This document shows positions 8,780 to 17,646 of a stretch of DNA of 64,000 bases, one piece after another. The notes under the pieces are model-generated. The model was given only the letters and a program-made list of their open reading frames with translations. It was not told where the DNA came from and searched no databases. Position numbers and translations under genes: made by a program. The DNA is from Trueperaceae bacterium (GTDB lineage: Bacteria > Deinococcota > Deinococci > Deinococcales > Trueperaceae), in contig JAXHLW010000013.1 in NCBI GenBank assembly GCA_034521815.1, positions 1,152,001 through 1,216,000 of the forward strand, in the 5' to 3' direction. The stretch's first letter is position 1, and every line of letters begins with the position of its first letter.

Positions 8780-11266
8780 TCAGAGCCCCCACTCTCCGCG
8801 AATCCGGCGTACACGAGCTCGAATGAGCGGGTACGCCGGATCATCTTTGGGCGTGAGGTCCTTGGCCGCTTCCCACAGCTCGAGGTCCTCCGGGAACTTC
8901 CGGGCCAAGCGCACCGCCAGGTCCGCCTCGCCCGCGTGCATCACAGCCTGTCGAACGGCTTCGTCGATACGCTCGCGCGCTCGAATCACACCCGGCGCCT
9001 CCGACTCGGGTAGCAACGGTCCCTTGTACAACTCCAGTGCCTGGCGGGTATCCCCCGCGGCAAGGCAGGTTTCGAGGTCGACGGCGTCAACGTAGGGAGC
9101 CACGGCAAACCTATAAGGAATTGACTGAATATCGATGATCTGTCGAGCCCGCGAGACTGTCGCCTTTAGGGTACTCATTTGGCCCATCTCACCGTAAAGC
9201 TCGTACAGGAGTGCCTCGCCATTCAACCCCTCTGGATGCATTGCCAGGATGACGAATAGCTCGGCAAATCGCAAACTCAACCTGCGGCGGTTTCCTTGCT
9301 CCTCGAGGAGGCGGCTTCCGAAAACATTCAGGCGCACACGGTGCCCTGAACCTGACCCCACTAGTCGTTGAAGGCGGTCTACGTCGGCGTCCGGAGGCGC
9401 GAGGAGCACCCAACCGCTCCGCCCTAGACCAATAAGCACCTCAGAGTGCCCCAGCAGAAGACTATGTGCCAGACGTTCATTGCCACTTCGGAGCTCGTTC
9501 GCTGCAGCAGCGATCGTCAACTCCGCACGGAGTACAGCATCCGAAGCCACGAGTTGCTCCGAGAGCAACTCGCTCACGACCCTACGGTCCAGAGAGCCTC
9601 GCGCGGCTTTGATGAGTACGTCGGCTGCTCGAAGCCCAATCTTCTCGCTTTCATCCGAATGCCCAGCTAGTTCCTCTGCCACGGCCAGAGCAGTCGCCGC
9701 CTCGTCGAAGCGCCTCTGATGCAACAAGCCACGGACGAAATGCCGAGCCGCATAGCCTGGTAGTTGCGAAGAAAACTGACGGTAGAGCGACTCGTAATAG
9801 CGAGTTGCTTCCGCCGGACGTCCATTGACTAGCGCGTAGTCACCAAAGGTCGATACCAGGCCCTCGAGGGTTGGGGGCAGACCCACATCAACGCTGATCT
9901 GCACCCGTTTCAGTTGCTCTTCGCCAGCCTCGATATCGCCCACGAGCAACTGTGCGTAGGTCAGAAGATTGATGCTGGACAGGCGAAGCAGTTCCTCGCG
10001 AATGTCCCACTTCCTCAAGTCTTCGAGACTCTTCCTCGCCCAAAGTATTGCTCGGCGATACTCACCCAATTGAACATAGACCGATCCGATGCTGTTTGAG
10101 AGCTGGATGGATCGATGGTGCCTTCGCGCTTTGCGATACCCGTCAAAAGCCTCCTTGAACAGCGAGATGCCTTGAGTCAGATCACCCATCACAACATTCA
10201 AAAATCCGACGGCCGCAACAGTCTCGGGTGTTCGCGCGACGCTCATCGCGCGTTGCGCAATGGACATCGCCTCTTTGGGCCGAACGACTGACGCATATGC
10301 GGCTGAAAGGGCTGGGGCTTCTCGAGCGTACTTTTCAAGATACGCAGCCACCTGGTCTTGGATTTCGCTCTGTTCACCGAGACCGGCGTACGCTTGGAAC
10401 CACCAGTATCTGGCAACGGGATGCCTTGGAAAATCAATAACAAGCCGCGTTAGGAGATGCTTGAATCTTAAGACCTGTCCCTGTGCGAAGTACGCTTCTC
10501 CCACGTCATCAAGCATCTCAAGCGATTGGCTGTTGCTGAGACGAACCGCATCCTCGAACGCATTCGTAAGCTCGGCTTGGGACAAAACCGGAGGTACGTC
10601 TTCGACCCGTCGGCGGGAAGACAATCGAGCTGCACGAGCATTTTCCGATTGACCGCGTAGGGACGAAAGGTTCATGCCGTCTGAGTGTGATTGTAAGAAA
10701 TGCTCGTATGGCACGCCTGCGACCGCCGCGTTGTCGCCCAAGAGCTGTTGATTAACCCCTTCGTCAGCACCTGTCATTTCACGAACCTCAGCTGGCGTGA
10801 CCTCAAGGTCTTTCTCGGTCATTACGTCACCTGAGAAATCAGCAACGAGGCTACGCCATTCCTTTGTCTCGCCTGACCCGGCGACTGCAACCTTCAATCT
10901 GAATCGAGATCTTATCGACGTGACAACGGCGGCTCGGCAAAAAGCTGCGTTGTGGTCGCCATCGTTTACAAGAAGGAATAGAGGCCCCAGTTCTTCTGAA
11001 AGGCCCACGAGGTAGTTCAGTGCATACGAGTAAGGCATGCCGGTGCCGAACAAGGTCGCGCCCACAGACTCACGGACGGCACGGCTCAACTTGTTGCCGA
11101 TGGCGACTGAATCATCGCCCGCTTCAAGGGTGATCCAGATGAACGACGTAGATGCACCAGCAATTTCCTCAAAGACATACGACAGACCAAACTCCGGACG
11201 AGCATCGACAATCGTTGACGTCGATCGGAACACAATGGCTTTCGTCTGTCTTTCAAACCAGCCCAA
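8780..11266 (-). CDS. Large MalT/STAND-like regulator: degenerate NTPase, TPR sensor, C-terminal wHTH/BTAD-like effector
   Basis: WITLEAGDDS, PLFLLVNDGDH and DLEVTPAEV resemble MalT N-terminal motifs. TPR-like helices follow, then C-terminal LKATVSRAR...ALELYKGPLLP. TTG start at 11266 lies after a GGGAGA RBS; the frame is open to 11323. Confidence 0.75.
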   Translation of the reverse strand: MGWFERQTKAIVFRSTSTIVDARPEFGLSYVFEEIAGASTSFIWITLEAGDDSVAIGNKLSRAVRESVGATLFGTGMPYSYALNYLVGLSEELGPLFLLVNDGDHNAAFCRAAVVTSIRSRFRLKVAVAGSGETKEWRSLVADFSGDVMTEKDLEVTPAEVREMTGADEGVNQQLLGDNAAVAGVPYEHFLQSHSDGMNLSSLRGQSENARAARLSSRRRVEDVPPVLSQAELTNAFEDAVRLSNSQSLEMLDDVGEAYFAQGQVLRFKHLLTRLVIDFPRHPVARYWWFQAYAGLGEQSEIQDQVAAYLEKYAREAPALSAAYASVVRPKEAMSIAQRAMSVARTPETVAAVGFLNVVMGDLTQGISLFKEAFDGYRKARRHHRSIQLSNSIGSVYVQLGEYRRAILWARKSLEDLRKWDIREELLRLSSINLLTYAQLLVGDIEAGEEQLKRVQISVDVGLPPTLEGLVSTFGDYALVNGRPAEATRYYESLYRQFSSQLPGYAARHFVRGLLHQRRFDEAATALAVAEELAGHSDESEKIGLRAADVLIKAARGSLDRRVVSELLSEQLVASDAVLRAELTIAAAANELRSGNERLAHSLLLGHSEVLIGLGRSGWVLLAPPDADVDRLQRLVGSGSGHRVRLNVFGSRLLEEQGNRRRLSLRFAELFVILAMHPEGLNGEALLYELYGEMGQMSTLKATVSRARQIIDIQSIPYRFAVAPYVDAVDLETCLAAGDTRQALELYKGPLLPESEAPGVIRARERIDEAVRQAVMHAGEADLAVRLARKFPEDLELWEAAKDLTPKDDPAYPLIRARVRRIRGEWGL

Positions 11267-11588
11267 TGCGATTCTCCCGTGTTGTCGGTGACACGAAGAG
11301 CCGGTCCACGTGGCCGACGGCAACTAGGATGTCGGCTACACATACGCCGGTTTCGTTCGACATGCTCGCCTTAAGTATATTTGCCAGCAAATGCAGGGTG
11401 AGCCACTCTAATGATTTGCCGACATGTTGTGCGATATGAACCCCGTGTCTCGAACACTGGCGCCGGCGAAAAACTTCATAATCGATCACATGGTCGCTGT
11501 GGAGCACCCATCTCGTACATCGAGCGTCAGACTGGGACAGATTGAAGCCTTCGTACAATGGGGTTCCGACACTCATGCTCACACAATT

Positions 11589-11619
11589 AAGCGGGCCCGC
11601 AATCAATGCGGACCCGCTC
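11589..11619 (-). terminator. Hairpin terminator downstream of the small peptide gene
   Basis: Minus-strand GAGCGGGTCCGCA-5nt-TGCGGGCCCGCTT followed by AATTGTGT. G.U wobbles favour the minus strand. The U-tract is modest. Confidence 0.65.
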
Positions 11620-11637
11620 AGTCAGTTTGCCGGAGAG

Positions 11638-11739
11638 TTAGCGCTGCGAAAGATGAACGCCCGCGAGAACCATCAACGGAACGTTAACAACAGCAACGAA
11701 GAGTGCAGTAGCGAAGATGCGCTTTCCAGTGTTCTTCAT
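11638..11739 (-). CDS. 33-aa hydrophobic peptide MKNTGKRIFATALFVAVVNVPLMVLAGVHLSQR
   Basis: Hand-translated, below the ORF-track cutoff. Upstream AAGAGGA RBS, basic N-terminus plus one hydrophobic helix, and a hairpin immediately after the stop. Confidence 0.6.
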   Translation of the reverse strand: MKNTGKRIFATALFVAVVNVPLMVLAGVHLSQR

Positions 11740-11783
11740 TTTGTCCCATCCTCTTCTTGCACCCAGTACAGGTGCACAAGCAC

Positions 11784-11983
11784 CGTCCCAGGCCTCCCAA
11801 CCTGTTCTCGGACGATGTTGTTGGGGTCTCCCAACCCCAACGCTCTGGGTGATTAAACACCCACTTCTGACCGGTTTTGCTTAGGTTGTGGCTATCGAAC
11901 CTCTCCCAAGCTCCCGATCTCTTCCGAATACGGCGGTGACAACCACCGTTACGTTGGGGGCCTCCCAACCCTTGTTCCAACGT
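11784..11983 (-). ncRNA. Structured leader/ncRNA with repeated hairpins exposing UUGGGAG(G/A) loops
   Basis: Four TTGGGAGR copies. Three close clean stems of different sequence (11784-11814, 11820-11841, 11951-11983). Two further hairpins at 11846-11863 and 11930-11949. Confidence 0.6.
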
Positions 11984-11989
11984 GATCGG

Positions 11990-12019
11990 AAAGTAGCACG
12001 CGATGCTTGAAAGCGTCAA
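11990..12019 (-). promoter_or_regulatory. Sigma70-type promoter for the leader/peptide transcript
   Basis: -35 TTGACG (12014-12019), 18-nt spacer, extended -10 TGcTACTTT (hexamer 11990-11995). The predicted TSS near 11983 is the first base of the first hairpin. Confidence 0.6.
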
Positions 12020-12070
12020 GAGAAAAAGCGAACAGGCTCAAGGCCGCCATTTTCTCCGCACCGAACCCGA

Positions 12071-12092
12071 GTCAACTCCGTTGACGTATCGT
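12071..12092 (+). promoter_or_regulatory. Palindrome GTCAAC-TCC-GTTGAC abutting the -10 box TATCGT of the leaderless TPR gene
   Basis: Perfect 6-bp inverted repeat at 12071-12085; TATCGT at 12087-12092 lies 7 nt before ATG 12100. Confidence 0.5.
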
Positions 12093-12099
12093 GTGCGGC

Positions 12100-13326
12100 A
12101 TGGCGGAGGACAGCCACATCAGAAGTCGCGTTGAAGAAGTTCACCCTGGAGCCATGCTTGAAAGCGTCGTCCAAGGGTGGGTATACCTCGAAGACTTCGA
12201 TAGAGGTATTGAAGCCTATCGCCACATTGAAACGCCGACAGCCGACGACGATCGATGGCTTGGCGTCTGTCATTTCCAACGCGTTGAAGATGCTCTTGCA
12301 CAGCAAGCATTCGAAAGAGCGATTACAAAAGGGCAGCAGGCGGCCAGAGTCAACCTCGCGCATCTGCTTAGAATGTCAGATCGTGCCGATCGCGCGACCG
12401 ATGAACTTCAGAATGTGGATTTCGCCCGGTTGACCCCATACGATCAGGTCTTTTTCCTTCGCGTGAAGAGTATCCACGAAGAGACAAACGGGAACCTTCG
12501 CGAAGCACTTCGCTTCTCTGAAGAGGCGTGGCGAAGGCTTCAAGGCATTCCAGAGTTCTCGATCCTCGCGCCATCCATTCTGTCTCAACTGGGAATTCTT
12601 CACGGGCGTATAGGTCGTGCCCAACGGGCCATATGGTTTCTCGAGCGAGGCATTCAACTGACCTCTGGCCTCCAACAACTCAAGGCTCGCATTCGTTGGG
12701 CAACGGTCTTGGTAGCGCAAGGTCGAACCGCTGATGCCACTGAGGCGCTGGCCAACGTAGATCCATCCATGATTCCGGAACCAATGACAGTCGAAGTCGA
12801 GTGGCTTAAGGCTGAAATCGCTTGGTTACTTGGAAACAGCGAAGACGCCCTGCAGCGCTACGCCGTCGCCATCGCCGTCGCTCAGCGCCATAATGTGGTC
12901 TACGAAGAGTTCCTTTGTCAGTTAGCCCTTTCAACCATCTTTGCGTTCCGGGGTGAAGATGCTTTGGCAACCGAGCACCTACAAAGAGCACAAGGGCTTG
13001 TAAGTGATCGCTCTGACCAACTGACGTATCGGTTTCGCGAGATACTCATCTTCTCGGCAATTGGGCTGTACAGAGACGATCATGCCATCCGAGAGTTGCT
13101 TGAGACCTCAGAAGCCTTTGGCGATATGGGCTTACTTCAAGAACAAGGATTCGTTCGCTTTCACATATGCCATCTCAAGAAACGAAGTGGCGACAGTTCC
13201 TATACAGAGGAGCTTGACGCTATATATCTACTCGCTAAGAGTCTTCAGAACCCAGCTTTTCTTGAACGTGAGCTTCGGCTCGTTCCCACGATGAAAGATG
13301 TCATCGAAATGGAGCTCCCAGCCTAG
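12100..13326 (+). CDS. Tetratricopeptide-repeat protein with no recognisable effector domain
   Basis: Repeated TPR-like helical pairs (WLGVCHF..., ARVNLAHLLR, SQLGILHGRIGRAQRAIWFLERG). Lower-GC codon usage. Confidence 0.8.
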   Translation: MAEDSHIRSRVEEVHPGAMLESVVQGWVYLEDFDRGIEAYRHIETPTADDDRWLGVCHFQRVEDALAQQAFERAITKGQQAARVNLAHLLRMSDRADRATDELQNVDFARLTPYDQVFFLRVKSIHEETNGNLREALRFSEEAWRRLQGIPEFSILAPSILSQLGILHGRIGRAQRAIWFLERGIQLTSGLQQLKARIRWATVLVAQGRTADATEALANVDPSMIPEPMTVEVEWLKAEIAWLLGNSEDALQRYAVAIAVAQRHNVVYEEFLCQLALSTIFAFRGEDALATEHLQRAQGLVSDRSDQLTYRFREILIFSAIGLYRDDHAIRELLETSEAFGDMGLLQEQGFVRFHICHLKKRSGDSSYTEELDAIYLLAKSLQNPAFLERELRLVPTMKDVIEMELPA

Positions 13327-13395
13327 CTCCGGTAGCACTACCCGTTACGTGGTCAGGGTAAGAACTTTGTAAGACCCCATCGATACACTCAAGTC

Positions 13396-13490
13396 GTGGA
13401 TTCGAGGTGACTCTCCCCTTGTCATCGCCTCGCTCCCATTCTCTTCCGAACGGCGGACCCCGTACCTCCCATACGGGGTTCGCGCCTTTT
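13396..13490 (+). ncRNA. Candidate ~95-nt sRNA with CU-rich (CUCCC) loops and an intrinsic terminator
   Basis: -10 TACACT at 13384-13389. Hairpin CGAGGTGA/TCGCCTCG (13403-13432) and terminal hairpin GCGGACCCCGTA-CCTCCCA-TACGGGGTTCGC followed by GCCTTTT. G.U wobbles favour the plus strand. Confidence 0.55.
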
Positions 13491-13652
13491 GTGCCACAGA
13501 CATGATTCTCGTGCCCGCCAGGTGTCGACGGGCCGCGCCGAGCCCAGGCTGGCCCTCGTCCGCCTCTCGGCCGCGTTCCTTGCGGTCGGGTCGCGATTTG
13601 TGGTTTAATCGATATTTGCGTAAGCATCCCACGCTAGGAGGACCCCCTTTTC

Positions 13653-15872
<2,220 letters not shown>

Positions 15873-16033
15873 GGCTCCTCGGGGCTTCCGAGCTCCCGTC
15901 GCAGCGAGGCTGACGGCCTCCGAGGCGACATCGCACGACCCGCACCGCAACGACCCGCACCGCAATGATGCGTCCCGCCGAAAGAATCGGCGGGACGCGT
16001 CGTTCACTCCATCGAGGGTCCGTGCGGCTCGCA

Positions 16034-16984
16034 TCACATCCGGCGCAAGCGATCGATCCTCTCCTGAATCGGTGGATGCGTCGACCACCACCCCGTGGCG
16101 TTCAAGCGAGCGATGGGATTGACGATGAACATGTGTCGTACGCCCTCGCTGGCCTGCAGCGGTGCGCCACCGTAGTCGCGGAGCTTCGTGAGCGCCCGCG
16201 CCAAACCTTCGGGATTCCGAGTGATGTAGGCGCCGGTCGCGTCGGCGAGGTACTCGCGTCGCCTGCTGACGGCGAAATGCAGCAGGGTCGCCATGATCGG
16301 CGCGACGACCATCAACACCAGGACGGCGATCATCGCGAACACCTGTCCACGTCCCCCTCCCGACGAACGCCGGCGACCGAAGCGCATCCAGCGCCAGACC
16401 AGGTCACGGAGAACCACGATCGCGCCGACGGTGGCCGCCAACAACGACATGAAGCGAATATCGTAGTTCCTGACGTGGGCCATCTCATGCGCCACCACGC
16501 CTTCGAGCTCCTGTCGATCCAACAGGTCGAGCAAACCCGTCGTCACAGCGATCGCAGCCTTCGAAGGATTCCGCCCGGTCGCGAACGCGTTCGGTGCCGG
16601 ATCGTCGATCACGAACACGCGGGGCGTCGGGACGCCCGCGCCGATCGCGACCGCCTCCGCGACGTTCACCAGGTAGCGCTGCTCCTCACGGCTCGCACGG
16701 CGCGCCCCGGCCGCCGCCAAGGCGATTCGGTCGCTGTACGCCCACGCCACGGCGCTTTGAACCCCCGCCACGCCCACGGCCACCGCCACGAACACGCCGG
16801 CCCCCGCCGGATCGAACGCGAGGGCCAGCAACCACCCGATCAGTGCGAGGATCGCCGCGAGCGCCAGGAACAGCAGCCACGATGCCCTCTGGTTCGCGGT
16901 CCGCGTCGCGTACAGGTCGATGCGACGCCCGGTCACGTGATCGGTGATCACGTCCGGGACGCGCGACGCTCCGGGCTTGGTCAC
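16034..16984 (-). CDS. htpX: M48 zinc metalloprotease HtpX
   Basis: PNAFATG, HEMAH, SRRREYLAD and STHPP motifs. Confidence 0.92.
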   Translation of the reverse strand: MTKPGASRVPDVITDHVTGRRIDLYATRTANQRASWLLFLALAAILALIGWLLALAFDPAGAGVFVAVAVGVAGVQSAVAWAYSDRIALAAAGARRASREEQRYLVNVAEAVAIGAGVPTPRVFVIDDPAPNAFATGRNPSKAAIAVTTGLLDLLDRQELEGVVAHEMAHVRNYDIRFMSLLAATVGAIVVLRDLVWRWMRFGRRRSSGGGRGQVFAMIAVLVLMVVAPIMATLLHFAVSRRREYLADATGAYITRNPEGLARALTKLRDYGGAPLQASEGVRHMFIVNPIARLNATGWWSTHPPIQERIDRLRRM

Positions 16985-16992
16985 GGCTCAGC

Positions 16993-17544
16993 TCAAGCGA
17001 ACGAGACCTGGGGCGTCTCGCGGTCGCCTTCGGCGATCTCCAGAAAGACGTGCTCCTTCTTGCCCATCGGACCCGCGATGAACACGCCGGGCACCGTCTC
17101 GATCGCATTGTTGAACTGAAGCACCGCGTCGTTGTAGAACTGCCTGGCGTACGCGATCTTGTTCTCCACCGCCGACAGCTCTTCCTGCAACAGCTTGAAG
17201 TTCTCGTTGGCCTTGAGATCCGGGTACGCCTCGCTGATCGCGAACAGCCGACCCAACGCCTGGCTCATCATGTTCGCCGCTTCGGCGCCCTCGTCGGGCG
17301 TCTGGGCGTTCATCATCGCTTGGCGCGAGCGCGCGACCTGCTCGAACACGCCTTTCTCGTGCGACGCGTAGCCTTTGACCGTCTCGACCAGGTTCGGAAC
17401 GAGGTCCGCCCGACGCTTGAGCTGGACGTCGATCTGGCTCCACGCGTTCTCGAACCGATTCTCCAGCGTGATGATTCGGTTGTAGATGGCGACGATGAAC
17501 GCGACGATCGCCGCCAGCACGACCAGTGTGATCAAGAATCCCAT
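16993..17544 (-). CDS. lemA: LemA family protein
   Basis: NAWSQIDVQLKRRADLVPNLVETVKGYA and EAYPDLKAN motifs. Confidence 0.95.
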   Translation of the reverse strand: MGFLITLVVLAAIVAFIVAIYNRIITLENRFENAWSQIDVQLKRRADLVPNLVETVKGYASHEKGVFEQVARSRQAMMNAQTPDEGAEAANMMSQALGRLFAISEAYPDLKANENFKLLQEELSAVENKIAYARQFYNDAVLQFNNAIETVPGVFIAGPMGKKEHVFLEIAEGDRETPQVSFA

Positions 17545-17646
17545 GACGACCTCCTGACCGACAGTCTATGACGTCGAGAGTCGACGCGGCTGTATGGATT
17601 CCTGCGCGAGCGAGCTCCGTCGGCAACGAGCTCCGTCAAGGGCGTC

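Noticed and set aside
11253-11606. 117-aa minus-strand ORF, with overlapping 87-115 aa ORFs at 11424-12363
   Set aside because: No recognisable motifs or convincing RBS; they overlap a terminator, promoter elements and structured RNA.
11784-11983. CRISPR array or REP elements as an explanation of the CTCCCAA repeats
   Set aside because: The repeats are only 8-12 bp with irregular spacing, there are no cas genes, and the motif is confined to this island.
8780-13326. Anti-phage Avs/STAND defence system or RiPP biosynthetic cluster
   Set aside because: No nuclease, TIR or SIR2 effector and no intact P-loop. No modifying enzymes or dedicated exporter lie near the peptide, and the effector domains are transcriptional.
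15932-15964. Short tandem duplication ACGACCCGCACCGCA (similarly GAGCTCCGTC near 17612-17637)
   Set aside because: Two-copy micro-duplications typical of slippage, with no evidence of function.
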